A DNA stretch of 64,000 nt, taken from positions 138,514,278 to 138,578,277 of the forward strand of contig NC_092373.1 of assembly GCF_030028105.1 (NCBI RefSeq). Direction: 5' to 3'. The position numbers and the translations under genes are program-made. The stretch's first letter is position 1, and every line of letters begins with the position of its first letter. The notes beneath the pieces were generated by a model. It saw only the letters and a list, made by a program, of their open reading frames with translations. It made no database searches and had not been told where the DNA came from. Below are positions 24,696-37,085 of the stretch, in pieces. Source of the stretch: Mobula birostris. Its lineage: Eukaryota.

Positions 24696-26360
24696 TTTCT
24701 ATGATGTTCAGAGCATTTTTCATCTCTGTAATAAAGGCTACTTGACATGGCATCGAAGTATGAAAAACATGAATAAGAATATCCAAATTAGTTGAAATAG
24801 ATGGAAGGGAGCAAACCCATAGCTATGTAGAAATAGCAAGTTCATGACAAAAAAATCAAGTTGAAAAGAAAATGAAATTCTAGAATATATAAAACATCCT
24901 TTCGTTAATAAATGCCACCAGCATAAATCCAAAGGTGTGTATGGTTGATCTTGGCAGATACAAAATAAGCAAAGATAGGAGAAAATTTGAAACAATTCTG
25001 GGATAGAGGTGATGTCAAGCATGTGATAAAAGCTTTGTGTATCTGATGGATGATGTATCCAGTTCACTAGGGGTATGATGATTACATCAGACAATAAAAA
25101 AATCTCCCTTCAGTAGCTCAGTATTTCAACCAACTTCACATCAAACAGTGACAATAATGTATAGTATAGAAATGTTCCAGCATAATTAGCTACTTGTGAG
25201 TTAATAACACTTAATTTTATCATAGTGTTGAGTAATGCATGAAGCATGTAACTGTAATCTACTAAATTTATCACATAAAAGTTAAAGGGATAATTTGTAT
25301 TATACCAGCTAGTGGAAAAAACAACCTTTAAGCAAAGTTTCTGAATTATATTTCTAGACTTGAAATGAAAGATTGAACAAATTAAAAAACACTATTTATT
25401 TTATGAAATCTGTAACTTCAATTGCATTCATCCAGTCTATGTTGGAAAATTAGTGAGAACTGATTTTCCAACATAGTACCTGTCCAATCAGGAAAACACC
25501 ATCATATGTGCGTGTTTTTATTGGTGGTTCCAATGGTCTTCTACTGAGCCTATAGTGAGACTTCAGTTCACCTGATTGGTTTGTAAGTGTCACCAATGTC
25601 GGATATTGATCGATCGACAGCACAAGTGTAAATCCTTGGTACTTGGAGTATGGCAGCATGAGTATTTTGATCAATGTCATAATTGATCTTATCGAAGTAT
25701 ATGCTGCACTCCAAAGTTGTTACCTGTGGGACCCATAAGCTTTCTCAGCACTCAGTGTGAAAGTAGCCACAAATTTATGTACAGAACATAATTTCCACCA
25801 TTGCATTATCCTTTCTAGCTACTTTCTGCAATTATTTCCGTTATTTATGTAGATTTATGTGTACAGATTTCACTGGAAACAGGCTCTAATGAGTTCAAAG
25901 GAAGCATGGGAAACAGAATCCAGCCTATCTGATGCTGAAACATTGAGATTTCTAAACAGTTGGACTGCAGATTTATTGGAGTAATTTATATATTGTTACA
26001 CTTGCGAACTGATCAGGTAACTAATATCCCAAGAAACACTGGGAGTTTATTGGAAAGACATCAGCTAATCATGTGGCCATTATATGCAAACAAAAAATGT
26101 TTAGTAACAAATAATGTTGTTATAAATGCTAATTTTAAGGATCATCTTGGGTTTATGAAATTATGGATAATACAATTATGGATTAGCTAAAATGAGAACC
26201 AGTCTTTGGGAAATAAACCTATATGCAATTTAACTTCCATCTGATACTTTGTGACTCGTGACTTCTGGTTCTGTCCCACTGAAACTACATAGGGAAAGAC
26301 AATAGGTAATTATTCCTGCGATTAGCACATTGATAAAGATGTATCCTGTACTGGCCTCTC

Positions 26361-26906
26361 TGTAATATTCACTGCTAATGTAATGGTTTCTCTGTAGCAG
26401 CAATGTTTAGGTTATGACTAGAGATAACGGGGGTTTGGAATGTGCACCATCCAATGAGAGACATGTTGTTCTTTCTTGTGGGTCTGAGAGCAGGGATTTT
26501 GTGGTCTTTTGTTGGTGAGAGACGAGGAGAGAAGACGTGAGTGGAGAGAGTTGGTAGACTGCCAGATGGAGTAGACTCAGATCGAGGGTCTGAAGGTTAG
26601 CGATGCTCGGAGGAGGTCGATGGGGAGTGAATGGATGAATCCGTGAACTCCAAGTTGCACATTAGACTGTTTCATTACATTGGGCCCCTTTTATTTTTAT
26701 TTTCTTTACTAACCCTATAGTCAGAGTAAGATTTATAAAGTTCAGTCGTTCAATTGCATATGGTGTACTGCCTGATATTTTGTGGTTCGAATTTGTAACC
26801 GGGCAACACATCACATAACATCCACACAAACGAGATATCTCAGTTTGGCGGGGCAGAGGCTGTCTTCTCGTAGACAAACGCGTGCTGGCCGAATCTGAGG
26901 GTTACA
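26361..26906 (+). mobile_element. Probable solo LTR
   Basis: TGTAA...TTACA termini, CCAAT at ~26451, CpG-richer than flanks. Left boundary is uncertain and no clean TSD was found. Confidence 0.42.
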
Positions 26907-27504
26907 ATATATTCAAAATAGTAAAGTTAAGAAGTGAAAGTGTAGTTAATGTTTATTGTTATCCTAATGTTGAAGAAGTGTAAAACATGTCAAAGTGAGA
27001 TTTGCTTGGATCCTCCTCACTTCTCCCTCTCTAAAGGTTTGCTGTGAATCAAGTCCTTTATATTTCCCAGTACAGTTTCTGTGTGACTCAGATTTAGTCA
27101 GTCACAACATTTCCATTCCTTACCACTGAGAGAAGCACAATAATTAGGAAGTGGATGGAAGGAATGCGACCTTTCACTTTGTTCCTGGAATTGCTTCGTA
27201 TTGACACAGAAGAATAAACAAAAAAAAATCGAAAATTAATCTTTACAACAAACTGCCTAATCTGACTTGTATGGACTGATTAACAGTGAACAACCTAATT
27301 TCTCTTGTATCGATTGATATTAATAGTGAGCAGTCTAATCTCATTAAAGAGTGATTGACTTTGCTTGGTGTTTTTTTAAAATCTTTTTGGACTTGAACTT
27401 TACCTCAGTACAAAATAAAGGACAGGTTGGATGATATTGTGTACAGATAAGGCTGATACATTTGAAATATACCAAACATCACAAAACCTCATGATGGTGA
27501 TTTC

Positions 27505-28830
27505 TCAGAATCAACATTGGATTTAATATCAATGGCATATGTCACGAAATTTGTTGTTATGTGGCAGTAGTACATTGCAATACATAATAATTAAAACAAA
27601 AAATTATAGTAAGAAGTGTATATATTTAAATATAAATTAAACAAGCAGTGCGAGGAGAGAGGGAAAAATAGTGAGGTAGTGTTCATGGGTTCATTGTCCA
27701 TTCAGAAATCTGATGGTGGAGGAAAAGAAGCTGATTCCTGAAATGTTGAATGTGTGGCTCAGGGTCCTGCACCTCCTCGCTGATTGTAGCATTGAGAAGA
27801 GGGCATGTCTAGGGTAGATGATGGATGCCACATTTTGAAGCATCGCCTTTGAAGGTGATGTTGGGGAAGTTAGTGACCATGATGGAGCTGGCTGTGTTTA
27901 CAACTTCCTACTATTTTTTCCAATCCTGTGCCAGGCGGTGATGCAACCAGTTAGAATGCTCTCCATGGTACATCTATAGATAGTTGCAACTGTCTTTGGT
28001 GACATACCAATTCTCCTCAATTTCCTAATGAAATAGAGCCACTGTTGTGCTTTCTTTGTAATTACATCAAAATTTTGGGCCTAGGATAGACCTTCAGAGA
28101 TTTTGCCAGCCAGGAACTTTGATGCGTGTTCCCTCGACTTCCCCTTCCTGAAGTCCCCAATCTATTCCTTGGCCTTACTGACATTGAATACAAGATTGTT
28201 GTGGTGATACCACTCAATCAGGTGATATGTTTTGCTCCGGGAACACCTCCTCATTACCATCTGGATAAAGTCGCTGACAACTGTGATATATTCATTCACA
28301 CTCAAAGATGAATCCCTGGATATTGTCCACTCCATTGACTCAAAGCAGTCTTGTAAATACACCTCTCCCTCCCTTGACCATGTCTTCTTGATCCTCACCA
28401 TTGGTTCTGTGGTCTTCAGTCTCTGCCTATACATTGGGAGTAGAAATACAGCCAGGTGATCGGACTTTCCAACATGTGGGTGAGGGAATGGAATGACAAG
28501 CATTCTTGAAGGTAGCATAACAGTGGTCAGGTGCATTGTCTCCTGTGGTTCCACAGGTGATATATTGGTGATAGTTATTCAGAGACTTCTTCAAGCTTGA
28601 AATCTCCTGCAGTAATAGGGAAGGCATCAGGGTGTGCGATTTCATGCCTGCTCATAACAGTGCTCTGCTCCTCCCCATGCTGCTTGACGCTGGCCTGAGG
28701 TGGAATGTACCAGGATGATGGTGGTGAAATCTCTTGGCAGATAAAATGGATGACATTTGACCAGTAGATGTTCCAGGTCAAGTGAACAGGAATGAGACAC
28801 AACTGTGCACCACGATGAGTTAATCAAAAA
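27505..28830 (-). mobile_element. Rex1-type LINE with large internal deletion
   Basis: APE motifs (HLLVKCHPFYLPRDF, ITAGDF, GKSDHLAVFL, LQDCFES) join directly to late-RT NNLVFNVSKAKE near 28240. Confidence 0.82.
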
Positions 28831-29090
28831 CGATGCCGCTTACTGAAGTACCTACGGCTGTGACCGCGAATTTCAGCTGCAATTACCGCAAGGGGAAGTA
28901 TTTGATGATTCCCATCAGAGCTGCACATATGGACTTGCTGTTACCTTTACGTTTTTCCAGAATTTATATAACTGTGTACTAGTGGTTGTAGAAATGGAAA
29001 TCCTAAAGAGAAATTTCGCTTAGATCAGTGTTTCCCACCACAAATTGATGGAAGTAATTGCATTTCATTGGACGCATGCATTCTTCAACT

Positions 29091-29530
29091 TTTTTAGATT
29101 ATGAAGACACGCAGTCCTCTTTTATTGTCACTTAGTAATGCAAGCATTAAGAAATGATACAATATTTCCTCCGGTGTGATATCACAAAACACAGGACTTG
29201 TTTGTTTAATTAAATTGGTAAATTGTCATATGTACTGAGATACAGTGAAAACTTTGATTTGAACGCCATCCATAAAGATCATTTCATCACAACAATGCAT
29301 TGGAGAGTACAAGGGGAAAACAATGACAGAATGCAGAATAAGTTGTTACGGTTACAGCGAAAATGCATTGCAAGCAGACAATAAGGTGCCAGGTCATAAA
29401 ATGCCAGCAGGAAGTGTAGACTGAGCCCATGAAGGGAAGGCTGCATCCCATGATGTGCTGAGTTGTATCCACTACACTCTGTAGTTTTTTATGGTGTCTG
29501 GCAGAGTAGTTGCAATATCAAGCTGTAAAT
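29091..29530 (-). mobile_element. Two abutting Rex1-type 3' fragments
   Basis: Tail-like end (reverse complement of gacaataaaagaggactgcgtgtcttcataatctaa), followed by a second UTR and ORF-end relic (DTTQHIMGCSLP). Confidence 0.55.
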
Positions 29531-30304
29531 CAAGATGTAAATCACAGCATACCTACATGAAATAGAAGTTACTACAACAGCTATTTTATTTTTGCTGACA
29601 GCAGAGTCACTTTTATCATTTGATCACTAATTGTTGCACATACAATTCACAGTCATTTCATTATTTACGGCTATAATATAGTTTTTAAGGGAACATTTGT
29701 TCATACTCTTCAAAAATAAAGGGAGTGCCATTCTGTACACTTCTGGGCCAAGATGAACTTTGCCTTGAAAAAAGTGGAGAAGTTCAAAGTTACTTTGTTG
29801 CTTAGAAGTATGTTTAACTTCAATTGAATTGAATCGTATAGAATCGGGAAGAGCTCTGATGTGTTTCATTTGGCTTCCCATTTATTTTCAGATTTCATAT
29901 ACAAATTGTCTTATAAATTTCAAACATGCTGGTACTGCTTAGTGAAAGGAACTGTATCTGATCAAGGCCATAATCTCAACAGAAAACATCTGTGAATTTA
30001 AAGGTTGGAGATTGATTAGTGTGATCCTCAGTTATGAGGGTATTTGCAGTAACAAACCCATTTTTAAAAACCTGCCACTATCAGTGAAATGAGATTGCTT
30101 TGGTTTGAATCAGCGGAAAGCATTTTATGACCCACAGAACTGTGTCTGGTGAATCAAACTATATTCATAAAGCAATGGCCAATGACTTCATTTTTCTCTT
30201 TAAAACTGATGTTAGCAGATATTATTAGATAAGTACAAATACAATCATGTTATGAAGACTTTGCATACATCATTGGCTGTCATTGCAGGATTGCAAATTG
30301 CTAA

Positions 30305-30890
30305 AACACTTGAAAATTTCTACAAATGTACCATGGAGAGCATTCTAACTGGTTGCATCATCATCTGATATGGGGCTGGGGTGGGGTTCTACTGCATAAG
30401 ATAGAAATAAGTTGCAAAAACGTTGTAAAATTAGTCAGCTCCATCTTGGGCACCAGCCTCCATAGTATCTAAGACATCTTCCAGGAGCTGTGCCTTAAGA
30501 ATGTGGCATCAATCATTAAGGACCCCCACCACCCAGGACATGCCCTTTTCTCATTGTTACCATCAGGTAGGAGGTACAGAAGCCTGAAGGTACACACTCA
30601 GTGATTCAGGAACAGCTTCTTCCCCTCCCCTCTGTCATCTGATTTCTAAATGGACATTGAACGCATGAACACTAGCTTACTAATTTTTTTTTCTTTTTTA
30701 ACTTGAAAAAAATACATTTTGCACTATTTATTTTTAAGTTAGTAAAACAATAGACATATATATATACATACTTACAATAATTGATTATTTTGTCTATATT
30801 TGTTTATCATATATTTCATTGTACTGCTGCGTAAAGTTAACAAATTTCACGACATATGCTGGTGAGATTAAACCTGATTCTGATCCTGAT
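30305..30890 (+). mobile_element. Rex1-type LINE 3' fragment
   Basis: TMESILTGCI and IIKDPHHPGHALFSLLPSGRRYRSL motifs; tail aaacctgattctgatcctgat. Confidence 0.85.
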
Positions 30891-31554
30891 GCAGCACATA
30901 AAGAAAGATCAAATAGCTTTTTATGTGCATGTACCTTGTACTCCCAGCAACTGTGCAGGACAGCAGATTAGATTAATAGTCTGTCTTACTGAATGTTATG
31001 AAAGATATGGTATATAATGAATATATGTTTGAAAATGGCATGAAATGACTTCAATGTTACACTGAAAACTAATGAGAGAAACAATAATGCTCTTCATTAT
31101 GATATGAATGGAGCAATTGCATTGTTAATTGCATTAACTGGATGGGATCTGATGACATGTCCAGGGATGGACTTCTTTCATTGTCATCAATTGACATAAT
31201 TGTCATTGCCCTCCTCCTCCTCTGTCCGCCCTTCTTCCACACTCCTCCTGTACAGACGTCGCAGAGCCTGAAAGACTGAACTTTCCTGATTGCGATGTTC
31301 TGGAGGACAGAACACTCAAGAGATGCCTGGAGAGTACTTCGGTGTACAGTATTGCCAGAATTCCACTTTCACTTTGTTATAAAGACGTGCTGTTGTACTA
31401 GCCACAGCAGAGACTGGAAATGGAAGCCAAGGAAGAAGAACCCTTGATTAACATGTGTCTGAACTCTGTACAAATTGGAGACCAAAATTTGGCAAGCTAC
31501 ACAGATTGGCTAAACATAAACATGAACCCTCCAAACACATGGTATTAGCTATTA

Positions 31555-31680
31555 AGCAACACACATAAAAATTGCTGGTGAACGCAGCAGGCCAGGCAGC
31601 ATCTATAGCAAGAGATACAGTCAACGTTTTGGGCTGAGACCGCTTGAAATTCCAGCATCTGCAGATTTCCTCGCGTTTGT
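31555..31680. mobile_element. 126-bp PLE mini-insert (inverted terminus plus tail) with perfect 13-bp TSD
   Basis: gtattagctatta at 31542-31554 and 31681-31693; partial minus-strand hammerhead at 31618-31641. Confidence 0.87.
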
Positions 31681-32619
31681 GTATTAGCTATTAGTTTATT
31701 TTGATAGACTTGCAGATTCTGAAGGGGAGAGGGTGAACTATAGGAATATGATTGTTTACCTCTTTGATAGTTAGGGTCCGTAATATTGGATGCAGGGAAT
31801 CAGAACACAAATCAGTTAACATTAATGCCTAGAATTATCCAGAGGCTAGGGAATTTGTAGTGATGTTGACTTCAGCGTTCACAGGCAGAATAATTTAGTT
31901 ACAGATAGGATGTAGGTCTCCTTAGACAAACACAAATATCTGTCGCCAGTGTCCATGAACATCCTTTGCCCCTCTTCTCCACCTTCAGTATCTTGTGGAC
32001 GTTTGTCCTGCTTCCAATATCCATCTTAGTGCCCCTGTAGTAATGCTAGATTGCCACGGGGGCACTCAAGGCAAAGTTATTTAATTGAGAAATGGCATTG
32101 CACTTTTCCCAAGTAAGCATGAAAATCTGTGAATGCCACTTGTTACCCCAGACAGCTCAGTGAAGCTGAAGGTAAAAGTGCAAGTCGCATGGCTGAGTAG
32201 TCCTTTTACGAATGCAGATGCAGTGAGTGAATTACTGTAACAACGTAATTTCCTGTGAGTGAACAACACCTTTCTGAAATCATAGTAATACAATTCAATT
32301 TCATCTGTCAAAAATAGCATATTACAACTGATGCATCTTTCCAATGGTGTAATTTGCATAAACTGAATTTAAACAAAAATTTGAATCATAGAATACTGCA
32401 CTACACAATCCAATTTCTAGACTATTATTGTGATAAACTGAACAATATAAAACTTTCTGTTCAATACACATGATCCATTTTTTTCTTGTGTTAGCTATCA
32501 GCTATGTACTGTAAACTGAAATTTGAATCCAAGGTGCTCCAGGTGTGTCTCATTTGGGATCATTGGGAGCATGTCCAGTTTTGGCTCAGTTTAATATTTA
32601 TTAAGATGTACAAGATATT

Positions 32620-33252
32620 GACGTGAATTACTTGCAGTATTGTGTGTAGCTCTGTTTGCTGAGCAATAGGAAGGAAATCATCAAGCTGCAGTGGATGCAG
32701 AGAAGATTTAGAAGATGTTAACTGGAAATGGTTTTGGCTTGAAACATTGACTCTTCATTTCCTTTCCGAGATACTGCCTGATGTACTGAGTTTCTCCAGT
32801 GCTTTGTGTGTGTTGTTTCACAAGGTTGTTACCAGGTCTGGAAGGCCTGGATTAATAAGGAGAGCCCGGATAGACTGAGACTATTTTCCCTGGGGTATAG
32901 GAGGCTGATGGACGCCTTTATAGAGGTATATGAAATCTTGCGGGGCATAGGTAAGGTGAATGGACAGAGTCATTTTCTCGGAGGGGAATCTAAAACTAAA
33001 GGCTTCAGATGAGAGGCAACCTGAGGGGCAAGTTCTTCTCACTGAGGTTGGTGAGTGTATGGAATAAGTTGCCAGAGGAAGTGACATAGGTGGCATATTT
33101 ACAATGTTTAAAGGACATTTGAACAGGTACATGAATAAGAAATATGGGCCAAATGTAAGTATATAGGCCTAGCTCAAGTAAGTATCTTAGTCAGCATGGA
33201 TGAATTGGACCTAAAGACCTGTTCCATACTATATAGTTCTATGTCTCTATGA
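32620..33252 (+). mobile_element. CR1 3' fragment with nested PLE terminus (~32730-32818)
   Basis: ORF 32806-33012 (DRLRLFSLGYRRL, IEVYEILRG); tail ttctatgtctctatg; nested gaaacattgact...tttgtgtgtgttg. Confidence 0.75.
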
Positions 33253-33761
33253 TGCTATCTTGGAGATTAGCACAAAATAGTAACACTAACTTGGACTATA
33301 TTTTTTCTCCCTCCCTTGAAGCTTGAAGATCACACCATTGTGTCTATTTTGCCTTTTATTTCGTACATGTGTATAAACTATGTTAATTTAATTTTATGTT
33401 AACTTGTGTTTGTCCTCACCTTGTAACGTACTGTACTGCTGCTAACTTTCGTGGCATTTATATCCTGTGTCTGTATGCCATTGGCAACAATAACTGGAAC
33501 TTTAATTTGAAGTGCTTTTGAACATTTGCACAGGAGACTTGAGCATTCCATGTCTGAAGAAGGACTTCACTGATTTTTGGAGAAAGTGTCAAATTATGTT
33601 TTAAGATGTACTTCTAGCTTTAACTAAGAAATACCGTACCAAGAAGCAGTAACATGGCTCATAAAACTGCTTTGGCTATGTCACATTCAACCTATAATTA
33701 CTAATAAGTCCTGAGCAAGCAGACTACCGAAGTGATGTTACTAGAATAAGAATGTTAATAG

Positions 33762-33802
33762 TAGTCATAGTCATACTTTATTGATCCCGGGGGAAATTGG
33801 TT
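33762..33802 (-). mobile_element. 41-bp extreme 3' end of the (ATGACT)n Rex1 family
   Basis: Reverse complement aaccaatttcccccgggatcaataaagtatgactatgacta matches the ends at 2883-2929 and 60512-60552. Confidence 0.85.
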
Positions 33803-34350
33803 AAAGCTACCTTTTTCTATTTTTAATAAGCCAGTAAAATCTAAACAAAATGTCAGCAGTAGAGGATACACCAGCCTTACTCACCCTGTTTCTTCAAACC
33901 TGAGCACTAGGTAATTGTAGGAAAATGAAATAGTTAACCTACGTTCAAAGAAATGGCTTGTGCTGAAATCATCTTTCTGTACAACTGATAAACTGATCAC
34001 TTTTCTTTACACATATTCTCATCTTCCTACTTGACCAGATACTTTTAAAACTTTACTTTGCGTGGTATATACCATTACAATAGAAACAAATTGCTTAAAG
34101 GCAAGGCAGATTTAAATTTACCAAGTCATCTTATTAGTTGTGTAAAGGTCTTGTTTTCTGTTCCCGCCTGCGACAAGACCTTAGAACTTATTTTACTCAT
34201 GGAGTTTAAGGAAATTTGCTATTATAACATCCAGTTTGGTGATACCTTGTATGAGCAATAGAAAGAAGCTTTTAAAATCCCTGGTCTATTTTATCAGAAC
34301 CAGGTGCTGGACTTTGATTGATTGCTGATTTTACAATATGTTCAATATAT

Positions 34351-34489
34351 GACAGTCCAGATGAAGGCTCTTGACCCAAAACTTCGACTATCCATCTTCC
34401 TCCACAGATGCTGCCTAACCTGCTGACTTCAGCGAGCAGATTGCTTATCTTTGCTTTAGATTCCAGCATCTGCAGTCTCTTGTGTCTCC
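34351..34489 (+). mobile_element. 139-bp PLE terminal insert (hammerhead plus tail) with perfect 12-bp TSD
   Basis: tgttcaatatat at 34339-34350 and 34490-34501; hammerhead-like motif at 34353-34390. Confidence 0.87.
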
Positions 34490-35030
34490 TGTTCAATATA
34501 TCCATCTTGTTTATAAATAACTTCATCCATCTTAAGTGGAATCTTTGGAGAAATGGTATCAGGACAAATGGAATTCACCCATGCTGGCTGATTATTGTTG
34601 GACACAAAGGTGAGAAGCCTCAGGCACTGGTTACAAATAAAAATCATCAATGAAAATATCTTTGCTGAGTTGAACTATTGCAAAGCATCAGCACAGTTAT
34701 GCAATTAAATGCATTATATTCAATAAAATGTTAATTTCTTGTTTCTCCAAACTCCTATGTGATACAAGAGATCTGCAATTATATTTGTGTTCAGCTTCAA
34801 GGGAGCTATCATAAACACAAAAGTTTTCAGAGGAAGCAACAGTTTCAAAAGAAAAATACTGTCCAGTGACGTCAATACAGACATTTGTTCTTCTTCCCCC
34901 CCGCCCCCCCCACCCCCACAAGAGTTTTGAGATCTAATTGAAAATGTTTGCATTTGGAGCTGATTTTGGAAAGATTATGCCTGACCTTTTGCAATTTTGT
35001 TACCTGAATTTCCCATCTATTAAATTGTGA

Positions 35031-37085
35031 TTGGTAATTGAGCCTGTCTTTAATGAAAAAGGGAGTGTGAGCTATTGTATCAGAGTTTATTCACTGTTGC
35101 ATTTGTCTTGAACCTAGTTGACAGCAAGGGCCTAGAAATTATTGGATGGCCAATTCCTTTGTCATATGCACTGTGATGCTGGACCACAACTGAAGCAGAG
35201 GGGGTGAGGAACTGGAAAAGGAAGAATTGTATCAGTTTCTTTTCAAAGCTCCTCTTGTGCCCATTTAGAAACATAGAAACATGGAAACATAAAAACATAG
35301 AAAATAGGTGCAGAAGTAGGCCATTCGGCCCTTCGATCCTGCACTGCCATTCAGTACGATCAAGGCTGATCATCCAACTCAGAACCCTGTACCTGCATTC
35401 TCTCCATACCCCCGATCCCTTTAGCCACAAGGGCCATATCTAACTTCCTCTTAAATATAGCCAATGAACTGGCCTCAACTGTTTCCTGTGGCAGAGAATT
35501 CCACAGATTCACCACTCTCTGTTTGAAGAAGTTTTTCCTCATCTCGGTCCTAAAAGACTTCCCCTTTATCCTCAAACTGTGACCCCTCGTTCTGGACTTC
35601 CCCAACATTGGGAACAATCTTCCTGCATCTAGCCTGTCCAATCCCTTTAGAATTTTATACGTTTCAATCAGATCCCTCCTCAATCTTCTAAATTCCAGCG
35701 AGTATAAGCCTAGTCGATCCAGTCTTTCATCATATGAAAGTCCTGCCATCCCAGGAATCAATCTGGTGAACCTTCTTTATACTCCCTCTATGGCAAGAAT
35801 GTCTTTCCTCAGGTTAGGGGACCAAAACTGCACACAATACTCCAGGTGTGGTCTCACCAAGGCCTTGTACAACTGCAGTAGTACCTCCCTGCTCCTGTAC
35901 TCGAATCCTCTTGCTATGAATGCCAGCATACCATTCGCCTTTTTCATCACCTGCTGTATCTGCATGCCCACTTTCAATGACTGGTGTACAAAGACACCCA
36001 GGTCTCGTTGCACCTCCCCTTTTCCTAATCGGCCACCATTCAGATAATAATCTGTTTTCCTGTTCTTGCCACTGAAGTGGATAACCTCACAGTTATCCAC
36101 ATTAAATTGCATCTGCCATGAATTTGCCCACTCACCTAACCTATCCAAGTCACCCTGCATCCTCCTAGCATCCTCCTCACAGCTAACACTGCCGCCCAGC
36201 TTCGTGTCATCCGCAAACTTGGAGATGCTGCATTTAATTCCCTCATCTAAGTCATTAATATATATTGTAAACAACTGGGGTCCCAGCACTGAGTCTTGCG
36301 GTACCCCACTAGTCACTGCCTGCCATTCTGAAAAGGTCCAATTTATTCCCACTCTTTGCTTTCTGTCTGCCAACCAATTCTCTATCCACATCAATACCAT
36401 ACCCCCAATACCATGTGCTTTAAATTTGCACACTAATCTCCTGTGTGGGACCTTGTCAAAAGCCTTTTGAAAATCCAAATACCTGTATACCACATCCACT
36501 GGTTCTCCCCTATCCACTCTGCTAGGTACATCCTCAAAAAATTCTATGAGATTCGTTAGACATGATTTTCCTTTCACAAATCCATGCTGACTTTGTCTGA
36601 TGATTTCACCGCTTTTCAAATGTGCTTTGATAACTGACTCGAGCATTTTTCCCACCACCGATGTCAGGCTTACCGGTCTATAATTCCCCGGTTTCTCTCT
36701 CCCTCCTTTTTTTAAAAAGTAGGGTTACATTAGCCACCCTCTAATCCTCAGGAACTAATTTCCTGAGCTTGAAGGCAATAAGGGCTGCACAATTAAATTA
36801 GCATTATGCACAACCTATATAGTATGCATCTTTACAACATTGTAAAGCCTCAGGTTTGTTCTTATCATCACAGAATACAGCAATGGAGTACAAAAATATT
36901 AATAACTTTTAGAATGTTTTTTTGTGATTCAGACTTTTCCATATTTCTAATGTTATTTCTTTTTGGTTATTACGCCTTTTTTTCCCTCAAGCTTTGAGTG
37001 CACCATAATTTTAAAGTTCATATGCCTTAAAATGAACTGTCTTTGGTAACTCAGCCTGTCTTTAATGAAAAAGGGAGTCTGAGCT
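35031..37085. repeat. 43-bp direct repeat pair (35031-35073 and 37043-37085)
   Basis: ttggtaa(t/c)t(g/c)agcctgtctttaatgaaaaagggagt(g/c)tgagct, 40 of 43 positions identical. Confidence 0.9.
35266..36760 (-). mobile_element. Relatively young 5'-truncated CR1 LINE (RT and 3' UTR)
   Basis: ORF 35777-36658 (293 aa; LDFQKAFDKVPH, SGVPQ, KFADDTK) continuing into 35360-35761; (TTTCTATG)n tail. Confidence 0.95.

Noticed and set aside
35777-36658. 293-aa RT ORF as a domesticated gene
   Set aside because: Truncated CR1 copy without endonuclease; carries small indels (extra RY) and a PQG-to-PQD change.
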